Shown piece after piece: positions 1-13,222 of a stretch of DNA of 64,000 nucleotides (the stretch's first letter is position 1; each line of letters begins with the position of its first letter). Location: contig NW_025765163.1 of the NCBI RefSeq assembly GCF_003918875.1, positions 62,001 to 126,000 on the forward strand, given 5' to 3'. Source of the DNA: Haliotis rubra (lineage: Eukaryota). The notes beneath the pieces were generated by a model. It worked only from the letters and a program-made list of their open reading frames with translations, made no database searches and was not told where the DNA came from. Made by a program: the position numbers and the translations under genes.

Positions 1-913
1 CGTCCATTCAGATGTTACTGGTGAGTTCAAGTCTCATACAGTTGGATACAAACGTTGATGTAGTTTTGAAAACGATGTGGTACCTCTGTTGTGAATTATG
101 ATGTGTATAAGCTCGCGACGACCTGGGGCTCCTTTCACGAAGCAACCTTTACTAAGGTTAACCTGAACTCCCATTCTTTAACATTGCACTAAGGTTACCA
201 TAGTGACTTACGATCACCTTAGTGCTTTGTGAAAGGAGCCCATGGTCCCGATTTCTCGAAACAAACTTAAGTCTGACTTTTGACTTAAGTTCGAGTTTCT
301 ACTCAAATTTGAGAAAACACATTTCCCAGAATGAACTGAAATCGATATTAAACACAAACATAGTAGACAATTTGAGTTTGGTGAATAGAATACTTTAGTT
401 TTGGGGCTTTTTTATTTTAAAAATGCAGTTAAAACTTCAGCTGTTTCAAAAGGTCAAACTCAGTTTGAAATCTGAGCAAAGACTTAAGTTTGTTTCGAGA
501 AATCGGGGCCAGGTAAGTAGGTATACGTTTGTCACGTATCTAGACTATCAACGTGATATGGTAAAAAACTGTGTAGTTGTATACACCAGTAGCTGTAAAG
601 CGACCTTGTCGTGCAGGCTGACACAGATATTAACTGTCAACGTGATCCCAATTCTCGGGGAGACTACCCCACAGGCTTGTATCACGTGTCACCTCTGCGT
701 GTCTGGTGTTAAGATCCGTCCATGTGTAAACACCACAGTGAATACGCTAGATGCAAACACGAGAAAGATGAATCAGTTTGGGAATTCCAAGGATGGAGTG
801 ACGCGAAAAAGATTTCAAATGCACATCACTCTGTTTTTTTTGTCTCAAATGCGTTGTATATTTTGTCTATGTATATACGTATCGTGGGATTGTTCAGCAT
901 TGCTAACTATTAA
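1..913 (+). CDS. Probable 3' end of an upstream cluster member: exon end 1-20 (..VHSDVT G, phase-1 donor) plus candidate terminal exon 714-913 with a hydrophobic C-terminus
   Basis: Donor actg|gtgagt at 20/21 ends like the EGF exons of D (DVT G) and E/F (PAT G). A phase-1 reading from the AG at 712-713 is open to TAA 913 and ends VFFVSNALYILSMYIRIVGLFSIANY. The acceptor is weak and the upstream exon lies outside the window. Confidence 0.35.
126..241. mobile_element. Short MITE (PIF/Harbinger-like termini)
   Basis: Terminal inverted repeats gggctcctttcacgaagca ... tgctttgtgaaaggagccc; non-coding interior. The superfamily call is inferred from the termini. Confidence 0.65.
244..510. mobile_element. 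MITE abutting the previous one
   Basis: About 31-bp TIRs ggtcccgatttctcgaaacaaacttaagtct ... agacttaagtttgtttcgagaaatcggggcc. Confidence 0.7.
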
Positions 914-2311
914 CAGTCTTTGGAGTAGATTAATGCGATAATATTGTCTCTGTTGAATTGGGATGCTACTGATTTTATTTAGATTGCGTGAGTAAGATGT
1001 AATAGATGGCAAGTGTGCAGCAAGTGTTTTGACGTCGAACACAGATAATATGTTGTCACATGTATATGTCTCATTTAAAGCTCACTTAAATACCACGTTG
1101 TGCAAAGAGCGCTAAAACAGATCGCCTGTACCTTCTCAGCCATGCCCATACATATTGTATTCTATATCGTCACAACAGTCCTTCATTGTTTGCGCCTACA
1201 CTGGCACATGCGTATGTCCACGGTGATTGGCAGGTGCACAACCAGGATATAGATAATTGAGCGAGTGATCTCACTCATATCTACTGCAACGTATATAACT
1301 GATGTAATCTTCTATTTATACTTACCATACCTTCGCCAAGGTACACACTAGTGATTTAGTTGTCGGGTGTTCACTTAGGCTGTCGGTTGTTTCACCTCGT
1401 CGCAGGTGAAGTATCCAGGTTTGCTGAAACCCAGCCTACTATCAGGTGCTAACGGCTCCTGGTCCAGGGCAGAGAAGACATTTTACTGTACGTATATTCT
1501 CCATTAGTTAGTACACGGGCTTTGTTAGTGACTTGTATATTGTTTGAGATATTACATATATGGCATTTGATATGGTAAAATATCACCTGAGTATGTGACA
1601 CTGGACGACTACCATAATACGGACTGTTCTCGGCTAAGTCGGGCTTTCCAGATGGTTATTTGGCTAGGATCTGATGGTCATAATTCAGATCCTTTGTCTT
1701 TTAGCACCATTAACTCGCCTTTTAACTAAGATGAGGACACTGGTGATCAGTTATGTTTTGCTGGCATATCCTTTTGAATTTGTTACCAATAAAGATGAAT
1801 CAGTTCGGGGGTTCGAAGGCTGGAGTGCCGCGAGAAAGATTTCTTCCCCTTTTACGATTTCGTACGTTGAAATGTGGGTGACGAGTCGGGACTTTTAGTG
1901 CTAGCCAACTGAGATACCACACCGCTGTGTAGCATGTCAGAGAGGATTTCTACTTATACACCTATATACATGTTCTGCGAGCCGACCAGTCTTCTTTTCA
2001 TCCCCTGAATATTGAGCGTTAGGCAAGGTAACAACAATTACCTTTCAAAGTATTTTGGTATAACGCTGTCCACCCACTTTCTGCTCTCATAAAGGAGGAA
2101 ACTTGTTATATTCAGGCTACAGAAAATATGATTAGATCCGTCAAATTTGTAATCAAAATTTCCACAGTTGATATCATTGAGCGTTGCATATATCACGGAT
2201 ACCCATTTATGTCCTACCGCTTCCTTTCTCGAAATAACATGTCAACGTCATTACCTTGTGTTGTTTCAGAACCAAGGATTCTTCAGGTCAAATGAAATCT
2301 AAGAAACCACC

Positions 2312-4888
2312 ATGACAAGGCACCCATTCATGACAGTTAAAAATTTGGTGAGTTAGAATAATTGTAACATTTCAGTGTTAATCATACACAACAAAACCAG
2401 AAGGGTCTATGCATAAAGTTTAAAAGTGTCTATAGTTTTATTCCTCAAGTCTGTGTTTCCTTTCAGTGTTTGATGCTGCCAGGAATAGCAGCAGGAATAG
2501 CAGCAGTGTCAGGTGAGAGTATGCGTTATCATGCATCTTAGAACCACCCTGCACATTCTTGCCTTCTTGTATACTCAATTAAATTAATAACGTGACACTT
2601 TTTAAATTGAATCCCACAATGAAAGTAAGGTGTATTTTATCATGACAATAGATGTGTATCCTGCTGCTATCATCCAGGTAACAAGACAGATGATGGAAAG
2701 TGGATTGCAGTCCTCCAGCGAAACCTTTTACACTCTAACTCTTTGATTAAGGTTGCACTTTGGAGTTTTCCTACTTGTCTGTGTACATGAATCCCAACAC
2801 ACGGGCGATCGCTAAGTTGATCACGTGACCGTTGATCGTTCCGCTTCACGCTTTTTTCACTCTTCAGGATCACATGTCGGTCGCAAAGGCCATGTTTAAA
2901 CAGCTTACATTCCATTGTGGTGTGAATTACTCACTCACAATTACCAATAATATTGGAGTTAGGTTTCTGATCTTATTTCATTGAATTTCACTTGTTGCAG
3001 TATTATAGCATTTCATGTACCTCCACGATAATGATGTCGCTGTTTACAACAGCCAGGTGACTGCATAGATGATTGCATTGGTAGTTGAGAGGCGAGATGA
3101 CAGTGTTGTCAGTAAAGATATTCACTTGGTATTCCTCAGTAAATTAGAAAATATAACATAAATTAACAAGGTATTAGTATCGATCAAGATAAATGTTTTA
3201 TTTGTTAATTGATGTTACCATTGCAGGTGCCGCCGAGGTTGACAGTCCCCAATGTGCTCGGTGGGATCGTGGTCTGTGTGTTGAATGTTACTACGGATGG
3301 TTTGGGCATCGGTGTCAGAGACAATGTGACAGACACTGCTGGCACACCGGGTGTTATAAACATACTGGGATCTGTGAACAATGTGTGCCTGGTAAACACG
3401 GCAGAGACTGTAACACTGACTGTCCTGACAACTGTAGACGGGATAGAGATGGGAGGGTGAACTGTGATCGGGAAGGAGGGGGATGCCTGGAGGGGTGTAG
3501 GGAGGGCTGGTGGGGGGACACGTGTAACAACCCATGTAATGTTAACTGTAAGACAGGGGCATGTCATCAAACATCAGGTCATTGTATCGGCGACTGTACA
3601 CGTGGGTGGCACGGACTGGCTTGTGACAAACGGTGTTCAGCTGGTTGTCGGGGCAACATATGCAGATGTGTTACAGGGGTATGTACGCATGGATGCGAGA
3701 GAGGCTGGTTTGGTGAAAAATGTACAGAGCGAAAACAACAAAGAGAATGCAGTTTCACGTGTAGAAGCCGTGAGTGTGATATGAATGGGAGGTGTTTAAA
3801 AGGATGCAAAAATGGATTCAGAGGCAGCACGTGTATCGAGCGATGTCCAGACAACTGCCACATTTGTGAACAAGACACGACGTCATGCACGACATGTGAA
3901 CGTGGATGGCAGGGACGTCTCTGTACCAACAGAAGTATCGCCCGTCACCATCCGCACAAAGGTCATCCAACATTCGAAGTGCTTGGCTCCCCGTCTGAAC
4001 CAACAGGTATGTATATCAACACTGACAATTATGGTAAGCAACGAGTCTTACCCAACTGAATGTTTTAGGGCCTAACTGATAACCACCTGAATCTATAAAT
4101 ATATTGTACTTTGAGGTGAGATGAGGTGAGGTGAGGTGAGGTGGGGTGAAATGGGGTTTACGTCGCACTGAAGAATATTTCGCTCATATGATGACGTGCA
4201 TGCGTGTGTATGTGTGGCTGCTTGTACTAGCCCAGACTTAAGCTGGTTTTATAGTGCTAGCTCACTGAGATACAATGCCGCAGTTAAGCATGAATACCCC
4301 ACTCAGACACATTATGGACTCCGAGTCGATCAGTCGTTGTTGCACCCATTAATGGCAAGTACCATATTTTAACGTCTTTTGGTATGACGCGGTCGGGGAT
4401 CGAACCCACGACCTTCCGCTCTCCGGGCGTACGCTCTAAACACTACACCACGGAGGCGGTTTATTGTACCTTGAAGGACCATTGGGCATTAAAGTAGTTC
4501 AGCTAAGATCTATATCCCGGTAATCAGAATTCAATATATCAATGATGTATGTGGATTTAACATAGAAATGACAACCAAACACTACGAATAATCCTTTGCT
4601 TGTTGAAGATTCGGATCCACTCTCTTTCTTTCAGGTGGTGCTACCGGCAGGGACAGTGGCAGCATATTGCTTCTGTTGGTGGCTGTGATCATCAGTGCCA
4701 TGTGCCAGACAGACCTTTCATGGTATTCCAATGAACTGTTCCGAATACAAGACACTTCACTGTCTACCTTACAGAAGTTACGGACTCAAGTAAAACGGTC
4801 CTGCATGCAGATTGCATGTCATGAGTATTCACTAGGTCAAGCGTTTGTAAATTGGCGGTTCCAAAGGCCGTCAATATCAGATCGTTAG
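2312..4888 (+). CDS. Gene A: multiple EGF-like domain protein (MEGF10/SCARF-like), about 371 aa; exons 2312-2347, 2467-2512, 3227-4006, 4635-4888
   Basis: Split signal peptide MTRHPFMTVKNL|CLMLPGIAAGIAAVS. A 780-nt exon of CxxGW(F/W)GxxC repeats follows. Last exon GGATGRDSGSILLLLVAVIISAMC... All junctions are GT-AG with phases 0,1,1, total 1116 nt in frame. The last exon is least certain. Confidence 0.85.
4113..4460 (-). mobile_element. tRNA-derived SINE (family 2, Meta-domain-like body, (CACCT)n tail)
   Basis: Minus strand begins ccgcctccgtggtgtagtg...ggttcgatcc (A/B boxes), then gtcataccaaaagacgttaaaatatggtac. Related copies at about 48007-48195 and 48494-48743; tail fragment at about 58310-58363. 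Confidence 0.8.
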
Positions 4889-5391
4889 TCCAGTGCATAA
4901 CGACATGTAAAAGATTGTTTTTACTTGATGATTCATGACGAAATTATGTTTTAATATCTTTCGTTAATTTCTAATTTTGTAACAATCCCGGCACGGAAAT
5001 AGCACTTGTTCAAGCATTGTAGAGCGTGCAAAATGGAAGTAACGACAATAGACGTCTTTGCCATTGTCGTTTACAATCATTGTATCAGTAAAACATAAAA
5101 CCTCCACCCTCAATTGTGCTGAATATACATGGGAACACAGGCATTGGTGTTCGGATTTTCGGCCTTAATGTGAAAAAGTTATTCAAATGTGCATTTTTTA
5201 ACTTAACTGTATTAATTGTTCTTGGTGCCAATTTGTCCGATTGATTTTCTTTTTTTCGCAATTTTGTAAATATATGTAGAATTATGTGGTGTCAGAATAT
5301 GTTAGTGGCATTCTTGACACTAAATGTTTAGACGGTTTGAAATAAAAAGGTATTATTTAAAACACAATATAGTTGGTTGTATTTGAAATTG

Positions 5392-5592
5392 ACCAGGCTT
5401 AGCCGTTATGCCAGTCATGGCTCCTTTAGGCACAGGATCTATTGCATGTGTCTATGGCCTCGCAGGAATCACGGTGACAATGGCTACCAGACCTGGCCGT
5501 TATGCCAGTCATGGCTCCTTTAGGCACAGGATCCATTCCATGTGTCTATGGCCTCGCAGGAATCACGCTGACAATGGCTACCAGACTTGGCT
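5392..5592. repeat. 94-bp tandem duplication (about 2 copies)
   Basis: gccgttatgccagtcatggctcctttaggcacaggatc... recurs at a 94-nt offset (ATGs at 5408 and 5502). Confidence 0.85.
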
Positions 5593-7590
5593 GTCATGAC
5601 AGTCTATTACAGCGCCATCATGTCCAGAGTTGGGACCCTTACTTCAGACAGAAATCTGCCCTCCTGGGTTGGACTGTGAGCGCCATGCTCGAGTTCAGCA
5701 CAGTGTTACAGCCTAAATCCTGCGTCAGATAGGACTTTCTGACATACAATTTTAATGAAGTTGTGTTTGAGCAGTTTGAAAGTTTGAACGGTTAAGTGAT
5801 TCATCCATATTACTAATTTGAAACGACAGTACTAAGGAATAGTATACTATTCACAATTTGCTAAGGATCAAACAGATTCAACAGAAAACTATGATGTGGG
5901 GTCAAATTTGATTTAAATATCTAAGCTTATTGTATGCATGGATCCTATGTTTCAGTATGTCAGTATTCCATCTCGTGGATCCCATATCTGCTATTGACAG
6001 GTGTTGTTTAGTTGTCAATGACTCGTTCCATGATATGCAAAATGGTTGATTGGCGCCATGGGAACAATTTTTTATGGTTACTCATGTATCAAGGTTAGAT
6101 TAAAGTGGTTGTTTGCCTAAAGAGGTGTTGCCATATTATTATTTTTCCAGTTTTAAATGGATACAATTTCAAATAATAAATCTACGTTTAAGTAAAGTTG
6201 TGATTTTTGTGATCCTTATTGAAGTGTGAGTAGTATATATTACTCAGTTTTGACTATCCCCAGAAACAGATTCCATTGGTGTAAAGAGTAAAATGGCTGT
6301 GAACATCATATAACTCGACCACTGAAAATCAATGATGACAATAAATAGTGATCGGCAATAAGCGGTAACTTTTACATTCCCCTTCTCCAATGTCCTAACT
6401 CGTTGCAAGTCTTGTAGACGAGTTTCTGTTGTAAGTTTAATGCTGATAGTTACAAGATGAAGCGAGGGGTTCTTGATACATGAGATCAGGAGATCAGTAG
6501 GAGGTCCACTGTAATTCTTCACTGGTTACACATGCCTTGTGAATATCTCGATGTCTGATTATGAAACTGATGCAGTTGATATTAATTTGGGCGAAAGTAT
6601 AGGTCAATTTCGTTACTCGTTAAATGCTACCGCTAAAGCCTCATCACACAGAAAATCTACTATTTGTAACTGTGTTGACACTGACACAGACGGACACTCA
6701 CTCGTGCTTAACATTCAGATACGGTATCGCAAGATTCAAATATTACACAATGTAGACCGTAGAGTATAACCCACTGCACAGATGAAAGGTTTAATCTATC
6801 AGTGATAGCTGACTTACCGTTGAGAAGCTTGCATGTCACGAGATGCAAATGAAGTACATACAACTTGTCTGGTACATATACCCTTCATCTTTATTTGTTT
6901 GCTGATTACAATCACACTAAGCTCCGCACTCCACAAGCATATCCAATATGGACACAATCTAGTCTAGAGAGAATTTAATATTAGATAATATTAACAACGG
7001 TCGACGTCGTCACGGTCGGATGGCACCATGTACAATGTCGGCGAGCCTGATGACCCCATCCTGAGCATTATCTGTTGATTCAGCACATGTTGTTACAGTC
7101 GATGCTAGTGAGTGGCTATATAACCACATGCCTCATATAAACTCTATCCTAACACAATCTGAAAATGTCAGATTATACAAACAATTAAAGCCAAGCTGTG
7201 ACTCTACTTGGTGGTGTTACGCATCTTGTGGAGGATATGGCTATAGGGAACACTTCATGACCGTTGAAAGGAAAGCGATACAAATAAACACATGACAGCT
7301 CACATCTGTCGGAAACAACATAATGTATGTTTTGTTTTATCACGAAACATCAATAATCATGCATGTAAATATTGATTCGTTTCTTTCCGTGTCTGTGTTC
7401 TCCGATCCTAAATGAGGACTTTTTTGATAATATTCATTATAGATTCAGTCTTCATATACATGTCAGGTGCATCAATCATAGAGGTTACTTGATACGTAGT
7501 TTGTGGTGTGTGGATAAGTCTAATATACGTCAGCACAAACCTGGCGAAAAGCAAAATCAAAGTGCAGAAAGGTCCATCAGGTTGTGTGAA

Positions 7591-7800
7591 ACTAATCAAC
7601 ATATACAAACATTACAATATATACAAGCTGCATATGTTCAAGTATTCATTATTCTCTAGAAATGTACTCAATACAGTGTTTAGTAAGAAACCGATACTAA
7701 TCAACATATACAAACATTACAATATATACAAGCTGCATATGTTCAAGTATTCATTATTCTCTAGAAATGTACTCAATACAGTGTTTAGTAAGAAACCGAT
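7591..7800. repeat. 105-bp tandem duplication
   Basis: actaatcaacatatacaaacattac...gtaagaaaccgat at 7591 and 7696. Confidence 0.9.
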
Positions 7801-8145
7801 ACACAGAAACCAGCCTCTTCCGCATTCTGAAAACATTGAGTCAGTCCAGCTAATAGTTGTTTATTTGGGGATGCACTATCAATATCACACACACGTCGGC
7901 GGGAACGTCAGGTCTTCACGGGTCCCGGCACGACAGGCAGTAACGTCTACACGGGTACGAGTTGTCTTTACTTCTTGACACATATATACCGAGACGTAAG
8001 TATAGCTGAAAATATGAAGCTATCGTGGAACCTTCTAAACTTCAGTAACTCGATATTACGATATTCCACCTATTAATGGCCTTCTATCAGTATGTATGTT
8101 GCTATGGATACATCATGTGGTCTATCGATATGGACTTGACCTGGA

Positions 8146-8377
8146 AACCCGTCAATATCCGGCTAGAACTGGTCATCAGTAACCCATGCTTGTTTTAAAA
8201 GGCGACTAACGGAATCGGGTGGTCAGGCTCGTTAACACATGTCATCGTATACCAATTGCGTAGATCGATGCTCATACTGTTGATCACTGGATTGTCTGGT
8301 CCAGACTCGAATATTTATTTACAGTCCGCCGCCATATAGCTGGAATATTACTGAGTGCAGCGTTAAACAACAAACCA
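8146..8377 (+). mobile_element. Short retroposon (family 1) with target-site duplication
   Basis: Matches the 21666 copy; flanked by the direct repeat acttgacctgga. Confidence 0.8.
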
Positions 8378-8553
8378 ACTTGACCTGGACACTGATATTA
8401 GACAGGCAGGGCATACACAGCGTTATCGGACCACCTGGTGTCAGAGCATTCAGTTTACAGTTATTCACAATGTTGGCTAAATAACTTTGGTTAATCAGCA
8501 AATGTATAATAATTAAGGACATATGTTTATTATCTTTTTTCAGTTGGGGCAAC

Positions 8554-10992
8554 ATGGTGTTGACTTGGATTCTGTTGATCTGTGTATCATTTAAAGTGGG
8601 GAGTAATGGTAGGTATACATGTACATATTACTTATATACACATTTGCAGATGGTTTCTTTTTTAACGCTGACACATTCATATAATTAATTGGCACGCTAT
8701 GTACAAACAGATTTGAGCAAATTCAGATTCTACATAAGAAATGAAAACTACTTGCTTGAACCATTGTTGTTTCAGGGGCTGTTGATGATATTTGCCATCA
8801 TATTCAAAGCTGTTGTTTGGATGAGGACAAACTCTGTCAAACTGACATATCGTCAGATATATGCAAAGTCAACTGCGGTAAATATCATGACTGTTCCTCA
8901 AATCACGTTCGACTTTCGAGAGTGGGGACTGAATGTCAAAACTATTGTACAACTGACCTTGAAAAATGCAATGTCGAATGTATGACTGGTTATTACGGTA
9001 GCAAATGCCATTTTGGGTGCAGTGATAGATGTGTCCAGCGAAAGTGCCACAAAGATAATGGCACTTGCAACTTTGGATGCAAGAGAGGCAGCTTTGGACA
9101 GACATGTGGTTCCACATGTAACCCTAACTGCAAGGATAGAACATGTCACAGGGGTAACGGAAGCTGCCTTCGTGGGTGTTCAGCTGGCTATTACGGTGCA
9201 GATTGTCTAAATAAATGTCCAACATCATGTCGGTATCGAGTCTGCGATGTGGAGAATGGGGACTGTCTTTTCGGATGCACTGAGGGGTTCTATGGGTCTG
9301 ACTGTCCACATTCTTGCCCAGACGATTGCTCTCTGTGTCATCCTGAAACTGGAAAATGCATCTTTGGTAGGTAAACCTCTGTAATATCTTTGGTAGGGAA
9401 ACCTCTGTAACATCTTTGGCAGGTAAACCTCTGTAACATTTTTGGCAGGTAAACCTCTGTAACATCTTTTGTAGGGAAACCTCTGGTAGAGAAACCCCTG
9501 TAACATCTTTTGGTAGTGAAACCTCTGTAATATCTTTGGTAGGGAAACATCTGTAACATGTTTGGTAAGGAAACCTCTGTTATATCTTTGGTAGGAAACA
9601 TCTGTTATATCTTTGGTAGGGAAACATCTGTAACATCTTTGGTAAGGAAACCTCTTTAGCATCTTTGGTTGGTAAACGTCTGTAACATCTTTGGTGGGGA
9701 AACCTCTGCAACATCTTTTGTAATAGGAATATATCATGGAATCAATCAGCACTTTGTGATTGATGATCAAACATCGTACCTTGTGTTTAATTCGCGAAGT
9801 CCCATTGTTGATTAAAGGTTCTGCATACACTTGTGGATAATGACAATAGCTCAATGTTTACTTCTGTTTTGTTTAAGAACACATTCCCGTGATCGAGGGT
9901 ATGTCTTGCACCACGAAGATGCTCGTTGTCTTTTGGGGGTCGGCAGGGGCATTCCTCCTCCTTGCTGGAGCGGCAGTGTGCATGTACAGGTAACTATTGC
10001 TTTATGCAGCATTTGCATTTGTCATGAAATCAGTTGGATCACTGTGTGATCATACCCTTCAATACCTCATTTAGATATTATTTACCATTCTATCACTGTA
10101 CTGATCCGAATTCCATTAAGATGAAATGTATTGTTTTTCCTACTCGTGACTTGAGACCTTCCGCTCAACCACAGTCAGTCCTGTTTAACTTATGCTATGT
10201 ATCAATCTAACCGTACGATTGCAATATATTGTAATGAGCTGATGTCCAAAATCTTATTATATTAGTTTAAAAAATGAACAGGTTGTCAGTCCGTCTTGGT
10301 ATATTTAGCATAACATAATATATTTTGTGTTTATTCACCACAGGAGTCAAGCTTGTAGTTTCAGTCTCAAGAAAAAGAAGAAAGGATTAGACACGCTGTT
10401 CATAGATGATAGAGCGCCAATGGACATTCCGAATAAATCCAGCCAGGACACCAGATCCAGCCACTATGAAGAAATCCTGTGTAGTGATGCAGACAGTCAC
10501 TTTCAGCATATCAGTAAAAGTACAGGCAGTATAAACCTGAGGACCTTGATCAGCACCATGAAGTACCCCAACCAATGCAGCAACTCCAAGCGTAAACGCA
10601 CCAGGGCCGATGCCGGGAGGAACGCTACGTCCCTGGTATCATCTGTACACACGCTCAACAATATTCCCTCGTTCTGGGTAGGATCGGAGACGGATGTTAA
10701 TGAAATGTCGGAACATCCTAATAAGGAGGAAGAACCTCTTGAAAAATCCCATCAAGCTTCCCAGAGGGAAGTCGTACGGTTTTCTGATGCCCTGGGTGGT
10801 GATGAAGCAGAAGGTTTGGATACATCATTGAAAGGAACGGAGGGAGAAAGCAAGTCAGAGTGTGACGATGTGTCAAGTGAGGACCATGGCAAGAGAGTCT
10901 ACATCTCCGCTATTTTCAATAAAAAGGATGACGCTACGATGGTCCATGTCCCATGTGATGGAATATATCCGGGACTGAAAAAGACAGACTAA
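8554..10992 (+). CDS. Gene B: type I membrane multi-EGF receptor with Tyr-motif tail, about 468 aa; exons 8554-8608, 8776-9366, 9878-9989, 10344-10992
   Basis: Signal MVLTWILLICVSFKVGSN. Cys-rich/EGF-like exon. TM MLVVFWGSAGAFLLLAGAAVCMY followed by a KKKKK basic patch. Tail carries SHYEEI, VYISAIF and IYPGL. Phases 1,1,2; 1407 nt in frame. Confidence 0.9.
9360..9720. repeat. About 26-bp minisatellite (atctttggtagggaaacctctgtaac), about 14 copies, starting inside the gene B exon-intron junction
   Basis: The unit recurs at 9360, 9386, 9412 and onward. The first unit contains the donor tttg|gtaggt. Confidence 0.95.
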
Positions 10993-12139
10993 ACTGCCCA
11001 GTTTACTTTCTAAAATATTTTATAGTGTACAGCTTGCAGATATTTGTGCTAAAGATGATTGCAACCCTCAAATCTCATTTCCTACCCCGAAGTATTTATG
11101 TTGATGAGTTATACAGCCGTTTCATCATGAAAATAATTATTATATTCGGAACGTTCCGACATGAGATGATCCCGTTGTGTTCCGTCAGGTTTCGCCTCTG
11201 TACCTATACCTTTCCAGTGATGCTTCTAAGCATCACAATTGTCACTTTTTTAATGCCATGTTCCTCTATCGTCTTACGATGGATGTTCAGTGTATATTCA
11301 GCCAGCTTTATTTTGATGTCGCTCAGATGATCCGCGATGATGCCATTAACGTTTTCTAAATAATATCTGCAATAGTTATGAACGTGATAACCACACGAGA
11401 AACTTGTACATGTTTGTATATGTGGTGCTTGAAGTTAGTTATAACTACATGTAAATTATTCAGCTGCGTCTGTATGGAATGTATACATATAAACATTGCA
11501 TTTGTGTTTCCATTGTTAGCATTTATGATACTTTTTATGTTCTAAATGCTATCTTACATTAATAAAATTCTTGTAAACTAGATATTTACGTTATAGTTAT
11601 GTTTGGACTTGGTAATGGTTTTTGAATTTATAACTAAAGCTGTTGTAGTAAATGTTTATTTTTTTTGACGAGTAACGATCATGCAATATATATATTTACT
11701 TCCTTTCACTATTTGTGTGGTTTCATTTTCGCTGCACGCATTAATCTGTTTGTACGTTTCAGGACATTATTTCAAGTGACATATCTACTTTTGTTTTCGG
11801 TAGTTTCTGTATAAATAAGTCAAACGAGAGGAGGAATTAAAAAGTACACCTCAGACAGGACATAGTAAATCAGTTTTGAATTCTTAAAGATTGTAAGCAC
11901 GTGTATGAGTGTAGTGCCCGACTATAGAGATGTTGGCATGTAGCTGGGAGGACAGCAGTGCGCCCAATAAAGGTCATTCTAGTAGGTTAACTGTTAGTCT
12001 CATATCTGCATATATATTGTCGTGAGGTTGGCAAAGACATGGTGGCCATCGTAGCAGTAGATACGTTCATCTCTGCCACCTGAAAACTGTATAAACCCAG
12101 TGTGTGGTGAGCAGACATTACAGTCTTAATGAAACGAAG

Positions 12140-12318
12140 GTGAGTGAGTGAGTGAGTGAGAGTGACTTTAGTTTTACGTCACACGCAGCAATAGTCCAGC
12201 TATATGGCGGCGGTCTGAAAATAATCGAGTCTGGACCAGACGATCCAGTCATCAACAGCATAAGCATCGATTAGTGAAGATTAGTGAAGATCAGTTCTAA
12301 CCCGGATCTTCACGGGTA
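12140..12318 (-). mobile_element. Family-1 retroposon, internally deleted
   Basis: (GAGT)n tail and ...ggatcttcacgggta head; tgaaacgaa direct repeat on both flanks. Confidence 0.75.
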
Positions 12319-12830
12319 CTGAAACGAAAGACAGAAAACACGGATTAATAGGCAATAGCGAAAGCCAGTTGATGAGCGCCATTTGTTTCCGTTTCTATAC
12401 ACGTATACCTAATGGTACAAAGTGTTTGGTGTGATCTGCATCTGTGTTGAATTGATTTCCCGTGTCCGATGTGTTAAACGTGACGTGTGTGTACGTGACC
12501 GGAGAGAAAATATCTCCTTCCCTGAATGTGGAAGTAAGCTACATGGTTTAATTATATGCTTTAAGCATGCCGACTGTTGAACTCGCGAATACAAGGGACA
12601 AATCCTATTCCACATCCATAAGATATCTCAATGGTGCGATTTCAAGCTGTATGGTGACTGTGTGATTATGAATGACTGTCAGATAGTGATGATACCAGGG
12701 GTAGACGTCTCATGCAGCCTATGGGTACCCGTCAGAATCACATTAACAGAACAGCAACAAATTGGGAATATGTGGTACACGTCGGAATAGAGTATGAATA
12801 CTCAATGGCATTTAAAACGTGGCCAAATCT

Positions 12831-13030
12831 GAGTAAGTGTGTTTAGTTTTACGCCGCACTCCGCAATATTCCAGCTATATGGCGGCGGTCTGTAAATAGT
12901 CGAGTCTGGACCAGACAATCCAGTGATCAACAGCATGAGCATCGATCTGCGCAATTGGGATAGGAAGACATGTGTCAACCAAGTCGGCGAGCCTGACCAC
13001 CCGAAGGTGCCTCCCGACAACCCGATCCTC
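12831..13030 (-). mobile_element. Family-1 retroposon, 5'-truncated
   Basis: High identity to the 21666-21940 body in reverse orientation. Confidence 0.8.
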
Positions 13031-13222
13031 TTACGTTATCAAACATGCATTGTCGACTTAGTTTATAGACTTTTCTCGCCAGGACTCGATTATATACAGG
13101 TCACCGTGAAATAGTTAGAACTGCATACCAACTATTTCGTGATCGCTTCCAAAATTCTCTCTGACACACTGAGTTTTAAACGTGCAACGAACGTGAGTCC
13201 AACCGCCACGAAAAGGGGACGA

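Noticed and set aside
423-941. 172-aa ORF
   Set aside because: It starts inside a MITE and has no protein-like signature.
9124-9854. Repetitive minus-strand ORFs (YQRCYRGFPTKDVTE...)
   Set aside because: They are translations of the 26-bp minisatellite.
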